Of a stretch of DNA of 29,648 bases, positions 1-8,150 are shown in pieces. The notes under the pieces are model-generated. The model was not told the origin of the DNA. It did not search any database and saw only the letters and a list, made by a program, of their open reading frames with translations. This DNA comes from Elainellaceae cyanobacterium (GTDB lineage: Bacteria; Cyanobacteriota; Cyanobacteriia; CAZCXK01), in the NCBI GenBank assembly GCA_051117555.1, contig JBNPEG010000169.1, positions 1 through 29,648 of the forward strand. Reading direction: 5' to 3'. Within the stretch, counting starts at the first letter, position 1. Each line of letters starts with the position of its first letter. The position numbers were made by a program, and so were the translations under genes.

Positions 1-2
1 CA

Positions 3-104
3 AGTGAGGGATGGGAGACTCTCTTAAACTCAGTGGGATTAGGAGATTATGTCGATGAGCCATTTGTGGAACTCACCGAAGAAAGCTCTCTTATTGGCGA
101 TTGA
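3..104 (+). CDS. 3' end of an unidentified protein that starts before the window (...SEGWETLLNSVGLGDYVDEPFVELTEESSLIGD*)
   Basis: Frame 3 is open from the window edge to TGA at 102-104 with protein-like composition. It is not in the ORF track because its start lies outside the window. Confidence 0.55.
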   Translation, partial: SEGWETLLNSVGLGDYVDEPFVELTEESSLIGD

Positions 105-117
105 AACACTAGGCAAC

Positions 118-578
118 GGGAGCATCCCGAATGAGTCGTTCAGAGATTGCTTAACTGCGTTCGCAATGACTAAAACTGCGTTTGCAATCATTGGAATTGT
201 GTTCGCAATCATTGGAATTGTGTTCGCAATTACTGGAACTGTGTTCGCAATGACTAAAACTGCGTTTGCAATCATTGGAATTGTGTTCGCAATTACTGGA
301 ACTGTGTTCGCAATTACTGGAAATGTGTTTGCAATTACTGGAACTGTGTCTGCAATGACTAAAACTGCGTTCGCAATTACTGGAACTGTGCTTGCAATGA
401 CTAAAACTGCATTCGCAATCACTAGAACTGCATTCGCAATCACTGGAACTGTGTTTGCAATGACTAAAACTGCATTCGCAATCACTGGAATTGTGTTCGT
501 AATGACTATCCGAGAGTCACTGCGAGCGGTAGAGAAGCAGTCTCAAGGGCAGGGTTTTTGCAAAGTTGGGATGCGCCC
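118..578. mobile_element. MITE/REP-like nested palindromic element containing a 21-bp tandem array
   Basis: Outer inverted repeats GGGAGCATCCCGA (118-130) / TTGGGATGCGCCC (566-578), 11/13 match. Inner inverted arms GAGATTGCTT (143-152) / AAGCAGTCTC (535-544) and TCGCAATGACT (161-171) / AGTCACTGCGA (515-525). No transposase and no clear target-site duplication. Confidence 0.6.
157..509. repeat. Tandem array of 21-bp units, 16 full copies plus 1 partial, consensus G(T/C)GTTCGCAAT(G/T/C)ACT(GG/AA)AACT
   Basis: Head-to-tail units start at 157, 178, 199 ... 472 and 493 (partial), with no spacers. Confidence 0.95.
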
Positions 579-660
579 AAGACAACTGAGTCATCCAAGC
601 CTGTATCGACTGCATCTTTGCCTCTCCTAAAAAACCTGTCAGCGATCGCCCGGCTTGCCT

Positions 661-1245
661 CTAAAACGACGACCCTGGCTGTTTCAAGAATTCACGTTCT
701 TCTGGCGTGCTGTCGCGCCCTAGGATTGAATTGCGATGGGGAAATCGGCCAAATCTTTCAATAACCTGTCGGTGGCGAATCGCATACGAGTATGTGTCAG
801 AAAGCTCTGGAGCCTCGTCTAAGAGTCGGGCAAAATACTCCACTGACTGGTTCTGGTGAGTCAGCTGTTCACTATGCTCGAACGGCAAGTAGAGAAAAAG
901 CCGTCGAATTGGGGTTAGGTCTTGGTCAAAGTGTCGGGCGATCGCCCATTGAGAAATAGCCAGCGCCTTCTCATCCGTTGCGAACGCTTTTGGATCATTG
1001 CGAAACATGTTGCGAGGAAACTGGTCAAGCACAATCACAAGCGCCAAACACCCAGCAGGCGATTTCTTCCAATCATCGAGCTGCCCCGAAGCTGCTCGGT
1101 CATAGGTCGCCCCAAACCGTTTCTGAATCTCTTGGTCAACGGTTTCTCGTTTTCTAAACCAGAGCTTACGGCGCTGTTCATATTCCGCGTCTTCAGAAGA
1201 CGGCTTGCCAAACCAAAACTCTAGAACATCACTCGCCTGAACCAT
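661..1245 (-). CDS. DUF924 family protein
   Basis: VLEFWF, LDQFPRNMFR, YLPFEHSE and FGRFPHRN..LGR.ST motifs. Confidence 0.9.
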   Translation of the reverse strand: MVQASDVLEFWFGKPSSEDAEYEQRRKLWFRKRETVDQEIQKRFGATYDRAASGQLDDWKKSPAGCLALVIVLDQFPRNMFRNDPKAFATDEKALAISQWAIARHFDQDLTPIRRLFLYLPFEHSEQLTHQNQSVEYFARLLDEAPELSDTYSYAIRHRQVIERFGRFPHRNSILGRDSTPEEREFLKQPGSSF

Positions 1246-1277
1246 ACAGGAGTATCTGCGATTAATCTTTGAGACGA

Positions 1278-1658
1278 TTAATTGCCATCTTCAGACGGAT
1301 TAGCCATCACATCAGCATCGCGTTGAGGAGTAGATTGGTTGAGAAGTTGGCGTTGGCGACTTCTAAAATCTTCAGCGGCTGACCCCAAATTTTCGTGTTG
1401 CTGACGACTATATTCGTCTATGCTGACCCCGTTATTTAAGATGACGCGATGAATCAAATTAAATACGTCGCCTTGAGAAGCGCCCTCTCCCGAAAAGAGA
1501 TCGCGACTGCCATCTTGGGTCTGGAAGCCCTCAAGCGGATCAACCGACTCAGCTTGTTGCGCGGCGACTGGAAGGGGACCCAGCAAACCTAACGCTGCTG
1601 CGCCGGCAAATACACCGGCAAAAGCAACAGATGCAGCGGAGATGGATGCCAAATTCAT
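1278..1658 (-). CDS. Hypothetical, probably secreted protein (signal peptide ending PVAAQ)
   Basis: ATG at 1658 preceded by AGGAGAG; hydrophobic N-terminus followed by an AxA-like cleavage site. The ORF track starts at GTG 1685. Confidence 0.7.
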   Translation of the reverse strand: MNLASISAASVAFAGVFAGAAALGLLGPLPVAAQQAESVDPLEGFQTQDGSRDLFSGEGASQGDVFNLIHRVILNNGVSIDEYSRQQHENLGSAAEDFRSRQRQLLNQSTPQRDADVMANPSEDGN

Positions 1659-1793
1659 AAACTCTCCTAACCGATTAATTCGCACTCGTGAACATCATTA
1701 CAGTTAGTGTAGACGGAAGTAGCTGCTCTGGTGCTCCCGTATCAAAATTTGATATTGATTTGCCCTTAATCGGAACAGCTTGATTGAGGCTCG

Positions 1794-2702
1794 TTAGGCA
1801 AACGCGCGGCGCAATAGCGGACGAATAATGAGCAAAGCAATGCCTGAAAACCCAGCCAGGATTAGCAAGGAACCGCTCATCGTAATCGTCCCGAATGGTG
1901 CGGCCATTACAGGACTTGATAGCGACCAGTTGGCGTGCGTATAGACATAGCGAATTGGTTCAATGGCATATGTCAACGGGTTCAGTGCGGCTACCCATCG
2001 TAACCAAATGGGCATAAACGACAAAGGTGCAAGCGCCGTGCTGGCAAACAGCAGTGGTAAATTCGTTACAAAAATGACTGCAATCAGCTCAACGTGACCA
2101 GGCAAGGTAAACGCTAGTCCCAAGCTCAGAGCAGTCACGCCAAAGACTAACAGCAAAACGATGCCAGCAACCAAGATTAAACCCGGCAAATTTGGAATCC
2201 CTGCGCCTAGAAAAGCGCATGCTGTAACGATGACAGCCGTTTGGATCATGCTTAGCGTCGCAATAAAAATTGATGAGGCTAGCACGATCGAAAGTCGTGA
2301 CGCTAACGGAGCTACAAGCAGTCGATTGAGAAAACCAAACTCGCGATCAAACATAACGGGTAAACCCGCATTAAGTGCCCCCCCAAAGGCTGTAAAGACA
2401 ATAATGCCTGCTCCCAAAAACTGACCGTAGTTTTGGCTCTCACCAAATAGTCCTTCAGGAACATTCTGAAACAGCGCACCAAATAAAACTAGCCACATTA
2501 ACGGCTGAATGATGCCTGCAACCAAGGTGCTCGGTCTGCGCTGAAGCTGGATGAATAGCCTGCGCGTTAATGCGCTTGTTTCTTGAATGAATTCACCCGA
2601 AAAAAGTCCTGGAGATTGAAGCGCGATCGCCCCTTGATTTCCAGAGTTTTGGATGGTGGAGTTTTCGTCGTTCTTTTGAGGGGGGGTAATTGTCTGACTC
2701 AT
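1794..2702 (-). CDS. ABC-2 type (DrrB-like) transporter permease
   Basis: About 6 TM segments, DREFGFLNRLLVAP motif and NPLTYAIE motif. Start placed at MSQTIT (ATG 2702, GAGGAA upstream). Confidence 0.9.
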   Translation of the reverse strand: MSQTITPPQKNDENSTIQNSGNQGAIALQSPGLFSGEFIQETSALTRRLFIQLQRRPSTLVAGIIQPLMWLVLFGALFQNVPEGLFGESQNYGQFLGAGIIVFTAFGGALNAGLPVMFDREFGFLNRLLVAPLASRLSIVLASSIFIATLSMIQTAVIVTACAFLGAGIPNLPGLILVAGIVLLLVFGVTALSLGLAFTLPGHVELIAVIFVTNLPLLFASTALAPLSFMPIWLRWVAALNPLTYAIEPIRYVYTHANWSLSSPVMAAPFGTITMSGSLLILAGFSGIALLIIRPLLRRAFA

Positions 2703-2878
2703 TGAACGGTTCCTCTGAGATTGCAGCTTAATTTGGACTACATTTAGGCGATCCAAGCATGTCTTTAGACTAGCGCAAGTCGTGCCTAACGACAGAGTTG
2801 ATGAGCCGTAAAATGCTTGTCATCTTGGAGCAATTTAGAAATTAGGAGAAACCGGCTAAAATTCACCGTCGGTGGGGG

Positions 2879-3907
2879 CTACCGCATATTTTGCTTGCGC
2901 TCTTGCTTAGGATCGCGATCGCCCGCCGCCGCCAGTTCTGCATCCATTAACGTTTTTCCGGTGGCCGCTAAGTACACATCATCCAGGCTTGGCCGAGCTT
3001 GAGAGATGCCAAACGTGGGTAGCCCCGACTCTTTGAGCGCCTGCTGAACGGTCATAAGCGCTTCGCTTTGGGGATCAACCACCAGATTCAGAGAGTTTCC
3101 TTGGGCTTCGTTGATGATAATCTCTTGCACAAACGGCAGATCTGCGAGCATGGTCTTAGCGTGAGCCGCTTCATCAGGAGGCGTAAATTCTCGAAGACGT
3201 AGCGTGATGCGATCGCCCCCGATTTGATCTTTCAATTCTGACGGCTTACCCGATGCAATCACAACTCCTTGATCAATAATGGCAACTCGATCAGCAAGCG
3301 CATCCACTTCTTCTAAATAATGGCTCGTAATCAAAATCGTCGTGCCATTTGCCCTCAGCTTTCTTAAAAAATCCCACACTGCCACGCGACTTTCAATATC
3401 AAGCCCGACCGTTGGTTCGTCTAAGACCAACACATCAGGCTGATGAAGTAAGCCAGCAGCGAGGTCTAGGCGCTTCCGAATACCCCCGGAATAGGTGCCG
3501 CTGCGTTTGTCTGACCAGTCTTCTAGGCCAAGCAGCTCAATCATTTGCTTGATGCGATCGCCTGCTTTCTTAGGCGGAATGTGATATAGCGCGGCTTGCA
3601 ACTGTAGCAATTCTCGACCGGTCAACACCTTGTCTAGAGCAACTTCTTGTGCAACATATCCCAGCCGTTGACGGGCTAACTTGGGATGCTCGATTACAGA
3701 CACGCCTGATACCTCTAACCGTCCCGAATCAGGCTCCGCCAAGGTGCAAAGACAGCGAAGCGTTGTGGTCTTGCCTGCACCATTAGGACCTAGCAATCCA
3801 AAAATTTCTCCTGGCTCTATTTGGACTGATACATCCTTGACGGCTTCAACCATTCCATAGCGCTTTTGAAGCTTTTCAATGAGAACAGCAGGAGTCATCT
3901 CTAACAC
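2879..3907 (-). CDS. ABC transporter ATP-binding protein, DrrA family
   Basis: Walker A GPNGAGKTT, signature YSGGIRKRL, Walker B VLVLDEPT, H-loop SHY, C-terminal PSLDDVYL. The start may be ATG 3898. Confidence 0.92.
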   Translation of the reverse strand: MLEMTPAVLIEKLQKRYGMVEAVKDVSVQIEPGEIFGLLGPNGAGKTTTLRCLCTLAEPDSGRLEVSGVSVIEHPKLARQRLGYVAQEVALDKVLTGRELLQLQAALYHIPPKKAGDRIKQMIELLGLEDWSDKRSGTYSGGIRKRLDLAAGLLHQPDVLVLDEPTVGLDIESRVAVWDFLRKLRANGTTILITSHYLEEVDALADRVAIIDQGVVIASGKPSELKDQIGGDRITLRLREFTPPDEAAHAKTMLADLPFVQEIIINEAQGNSLNLVVDPQSEALMTVQQALKESGLPTFGISQARPSLDDVYLAATGKTLMDAELAAAGDRDPKQERKQNMR

Positions 3908-3956
3908 TTCCTTCCGGGCGACTAATTACAAATCTCAATCTCAACTTTTATTCTAG

Positions 3957-4943
3957 TCATCCTCCAGATGAGAAGGCCATGCTAAATAGTGCGTTGAAAT
4001 TATCAGCAACGGCAGCAGTGGCGGCGTGCGTTATGGGTAGACTGTCAACTGCCATCCCTGTACAGAGAAGCATCATATACAGAATGGAATATTTAAAGAG
4101 CGATCGCGCCATGTGCTGATCGGTCGGGGTCTTCATCAACGACCATGCTTTCATAGCAAACGTGATGCCCAAAACCAGCGCAACCCCAGTATAAACGACT
4201 CCCATTTCACCCAATGGATACACCAGTAATAGCGTAATTGGGATGAGAAACAACGTGTAAACCCAGATCTGCTTTGTCGTGGAAACTTCCCCTTTCACAA
4301 CCGGAAGCATGGGCACGCCCACCTTGGCATAGTCTTGGCGAATCATCATCGCTAGAGCCCAAAAATGAGGAGGCGTCCAGAAGAAAATAATGGCGAAAAT
4401 CACCCAGGCCGTCCAACTCAGTTCGCCAGTAACGGCTGCCCATCCCACCAGCGGGGGAATTGCTCCAGCAGAACCACCAATCACAATATTCTGAGTGCTA
4501 TGGCGCTTTAACCAGTGAGTATAGACCAGCACATAGGTGACAATACCGGACATCGCCAGGAGAGCACTCAGAAGATTGGCAAATGCAGTGAGCAGACAAA
4601 ATGAAAGCGTTGCTAATGTGATTGCAAAAATGAGGGCGTCGCGAGGCTGAATTCGCCCAGATGGAATGGGGCGATGGCGAGTGCGCTCCATCTCGTAGTC
4701 AATATCTCGGTCATAGAGGCAATTGATTGTATTAGCAGAGCTTGCTGCAAAGGTGCCACCTAGAAGCGTCACGAATAATAGCGCCGGGTCAACTTGACCG
4801 TCTGACGCGATCCACATACTGCCCGCTGTCGTGATCAAGAGCAGCAAAATAATTTTTGGTTTTGTTAACTGCCAATAGCTGTGAATGACTTGCAGAAGAT
4901 TGTGATGATGACGAGGGGGATTCGTCAGAAGTGTTTCGTGCAT
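3957..4943 (-). CDS. ctaB: Protoheme IX farnesyltransferase (heme o synthase)
   Basis: [29 protein letters not shown] and WTPPHFWAL motifs. Confidence 0.97.
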   Translation of the reverse strand: MHETLLTNPPRHHHNLLQVIHSYWQLTKPKIILLLLITTAGSMWIASDGQVDPALLFVTLLGGTFAASSANTINCLYDRDIDYEMERTRHRPIPSGRIQPRDALIFAITLATLSFCLLTAFANLLSALLAMSGIVTYVLVYTHWLKRHSTQNIVIGGSAGAIPPLVGWAAVTGELSWTAWVIFAIIFFWTPPHFWALAMMIRQDYAKVGVPMLPVVKGEVSTTKQIWVYTLFLIPITLLLVYPLGEMGVVYTGVALVLGITFAMKAWSLMKTPTDQHMARSLFKYSILYMMLLCTGMAVDSLPITHAATAAVADNFNALFSMAFSSGG

Positions 4944-5135
4944 TAGATCAATGTCCTAACGGGTACTCTTCGAGTCGAAAGATCTATCAGATAGAGCGTG
5001 CAGAGATTGCAAAGATCGTGTGAAGACTGAAAGCGTGTGGGAAATTTATGTCAAGTTGAAACTTTGGTCGGCCCGACTGTCTGTGGATTTGACGTTAAAA
5101 AACTTAGCTAAATGTGGACTAGCAACCCTGCGAGA

Positions 5136-6110
5136 TCATGAAGTCTGAAGTCTCGATGTCGAGCGATCGCGCAGGGATATCACCGTGAGGCAAACAAGCG
5201 TACCAAATAAAGCAGCCCCGACTGCCTGATGAGAAACTGTCAGCACCTCAACTTGGAGGTGTAAGCGAAATGTTAAAACCCCTAAGAGAATCTGCATCCC
5301 TAGAAACAGCCCTGCCAAATTTGCTAAGCGACGCACATGTAGAGCCAAATCAGGGGTTCGCCATGCCCAAATTCCCACAGCCAAGACCGACACGCTAGCC
5401 GGAACAACTCCAATCAGATGGCTATTCATCACGGTACACAAGCTCGACAGATTCAAACATTGGTGAAGTGCCCAGCGTGATCCGACCAAACCCCCTGACA
5501 AACTTTGCAAATAAACCAGTATGGCTGCTACTAAGCTAATCCACGGGAGCGCTGTATTCCCATTCGTTCCACTACTATCAGTATGGCGTTGTCGAGGAAG
5601 TAGCAACGTACCTGAAATGAGCAATGTGGCGAAAAATAATAGAGCCGTTCCGAGGTGGGCAGTCACAATGTCAAATCTAAGCAGTTCGGTAACGGTCAGC
5701 CCGCCCAGCAATCCTTGAAAACAGACCAATCCTAAAGCCAATGTAGAAACCCAGGGAAGCCAGTTTGGTACATGGTGACGATGCCACCAGCTAAGACTGG
5801 TGAGGGCGATCGCCATAACACCAATTAGAGCAGCATCGAGCCGATGAAACCATTCCAGAAAAACTTGCAAATTCATCTGCTGAGTTGGAATCAGAGTGCC
5901 GTAGCACAGAGGCCAATCCGGACATGCTAAACCAGCATTCATAACTCGCGTTGCACTACCAATTGCCATCAAGATAAACGTGGCGATCGCCATCTTCCAG
6001 ATAAGTCTGCGAATCAGATGCTGAGCACTCGATTCACACTGGCAATCAGAAAACGATTGAGAGCTTGAAATAGCAGGCATTGAATCAGAATGTAGAGCAG
6101 AATCAGCCAC
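5136..6110 (-). CDS. ctaA: Heme A synthase (CtaA/COX15)
   Basis: GLACPDWPLC, EWFHR and conserved His helices; adjacent to ctaB; GTG start with AGGAGG. Confidence 0.95.
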   Translation of the reverse strand: MADSALHSDSMPAISSSQSFSDCQCESSAQHLIRRLIWKMAIATFILMAIGSATRVMNAGLACPDWPLCYGTLIPTQQMNLQVFLEWFHRLDAALIGVMAIALTSLSWWHRHHVPNWLPWVSTLALGLVCFQGLLGGLTVTELLRFDIVTAHLGTALLFFATLLISGTLLLPRQRHTDSSGTNGNTALPWISLVAAILVYLQSLSGGLVGSRWALHQCLNLSSLCTVMNSHLIGVVPASVSVLAVGIWAWRTPDLALHVRRLANLAGLFLGMQILLGVLTFRLHLQVEVLTVSHQAVGAALFGTLVCLTVISLRDRSTSRLQTS

Positions 6111-6885
6111 CGCCGAAAACCTCCTTAGACAAATTTCTTAAGAAAATCTTTATTTTTGATACCCAATCTCAAGAATTTCTCTAATTACAAAACAGATGAT
6201 CAATTTGTGTGCTAGCAAAGCCTAAATCCGAAGAAAATCTGCATCATATACAGGTCAAGATTATAAAGAAAACTCTGGAGAGGGTATGGCATTTTGGTGA
6301 ATAACATCACCCACTATTTCAACCTATTTAAGCCAAACAAAATCTGTCTAGCAGACACTGAATCTTTGGCATCAATTCTTCAGCATCAATTCTTCAGCAT
6401 CAATATGGTTGAGCAAGTCACGCATAGATTACACCATACACAGAAAATGTTAACAAAATACTGAGTATTGGCTCATCACATCAAATTGCCTCATCTAAAG
6501 TAGACCTAAAGTGGACATTGCCTAAATCGAGCCAGCCAATTTCCATGGCACAACCACTCATATTTCTAATGTAATGACTCTACATCGGTTGACCGCTAAG
6601 CTTTAGCATTTTCTTTGGATTGATTCCCAAATTTTATTTAGGAAAATTTTACTAGTATTTTTTTTGGAGTTCGCCCCTCGACACGCCAATCTGTTGTTAC
6701 AAAACTAAATAATACGTAACGTTGAGGCCGAATTCATTCTTCGGTTAAATTGCACAGTGCTGAAAGCTAAAGAAAATGCTAAAAAATGGTGAGTCTAACG
6801 TATACCTGCTGCTAAATCGAAAACCCTGCCTTAACGTAGTAGGTGTGACAAACCTGCTAATCAAAGAATAAATTCTCGACTCACT
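6111..6885. promoter_or_regulatory. AT-rich divergent promoter region for ctaAB and coxBAC
   Basis: 775-bp non-coding region between divergent operons. It contains a 14-bp tandem repeat (6369-6404), an 11-bp direct repeat (6495-6516) and a 15-bp inverted pair (6602-6616 / 6769-6783). Confidence 0.6.
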
Positions 6886-7935
6886 GTGAAAATTCCAAGC
6901 AATATTCTTGCAATGCTCGCTGGTATTAGCCTAACGCTAGTGAGCCTATGGTACGGACAAAACCACGGTCTGCTCCCTGTCGCGGCATCGGATGAGGCAG
7001 AGCTCGTCGATGGGCTCTTCAACACCATGATGACCGTCTCAGTTGGATTGTTTTTGTTGGTCGAAGGCATATTGGTAATCTCGGTTTTCAAGTTTAGACG
7101 CAAGCCGGGTGACGATACTGACGGACCTCACATTGACGGCAACATCCCCCTAGAAATTGTCTGGACTGCAATTCCAGCGGTGATTGTTCTGGTTATCGGG
7201 GTGTACAGCTTCGAGGTTTATAATCGCTTAGGAGGCTTTGATCCGGATGCCGCCAGCGATTCCGGAATTGCCCAAGTGGCGATGATGCCTGGGCAAAGCA
7301 CTGTCGGGCCTTTCATTAATGCGTCTGATGCGTCAGCTTCGCGGCCTCGTCGGTTGGCGCTTGGCGTGGGTGCATCGGGTGATGCATCACTAGCGGGTCC
7401 AGACTTGATGGTTGATGTTAAAGGGTTGCAATATGCTTGGGTATTTACTTATCCCGATAGCGGTGTGATCTCTGGTGATTTGCATCTTCCTGTTGGTAAA
7501 GACATTCGGCTCAACATCGTCGCTGAAGATGTTCTTCATGCATTCTGGTTGCCGGAATTTCGCCTAAAACAAGATGCGATCCCCGGACGAGAAGCTGAGC
7601 TGAGGTTTACTCCGCGTCGAGTCGGTGAATATCCGGTTATCTGTGCCGAGCTCTGCGGTGCCTATCATGGCGCGATGGTGACCAAGCTTTATGTACAGCC
7701 CCAAGATGAGTTTGATGCCTGGTTACAAGAGCAAGTTGCTGCTCAAGAGGATGGAAACGCGATCGCTACGAACCTCGAACCACGGACCAGCGATGAACGT
7801 CTTGCCCCGTATGTTAGTCAGATGGGCTTAGAAGATATTGCAGCCAGTTTGCTTGAGGCTCATCCCGCGGGCCATGGCGATTCAGGATTAGATGATTTTC
7901 AACGCCTTGCTCAGCACCTGTCGCCGTCTGCGTAG
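6886..7935 (+). CDS. coxB: Cytochrome c oxidase subunit II
   Basis: LEIVWTAIP, QYAW, DVLHAFW and the CuA motif CAELCGAYHGAM. Confidence 0.97.
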   Translation: MKIPSNILAMLAGISLTLVSLWYGQNHGLLPVAASDEAELVDGLFNTMMTVSVGLFLLVEGILVISVFKFRRKPGDDTDGPHIDGNIPLEIVWTAIPAVIVLVIGVYSFEVYNRLGGFDPDAASDSGIAQVAMMPGQSTVGPFINASDASASRPRRLALGVGASGDASLAGPDLMVDVKGLQYAWVFTYPDSGVISGDLHLPVGKDIRLNIVAEDVLHAFWLPEFRLKQDAIPGREAELRFTPRRVGEYPVICAELCGAYHGAMVTKLYVQPQDEFDAWLQEQVAAQEDGNAIATNLEPRTSDERLAPYVSQMGLEDIAASLLEAHPAGHGDSGLDDFQRLAQHLSPSA

Positions 7936-8150
7936 CCTTTATTCATCGGAGCGCTTTCGGCTTGCTTACGTCAGATGTATCTCGCGACAGAATTTTGAGG
8001 AATGTGCCTACGAAATGTCTCTGTAGTTTAAGATGCGCTGATGTATGGTAAGTGATACTTAACTTCCGGGCGACAATCCAGGCGACAATCCTCTGCCCGC
8101 TCTCTTATGTCATGCCGCATTTTCGTAACATCAATTCTAAGTTTTGAGTT

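Noticed and set aside
157..509. CRISPR array
   Set aside because: Units are head-to-tail 21-mers with no unique spacers, and there are no cas genes in the window.
49..630. 193-aa + strand ORF as a real membrane protein gene
   Set aside because: It overlaps the apparent 3' end of the upstream CDS (3-104) and its length is explained by the 21-bp repeat. Kept only as an open question in the findings.
6571..6583. NtcA site upstream of cox
   Set aside because: Spacing is GTA-N7-TAC, not the canonical GTA-N8-TAC.
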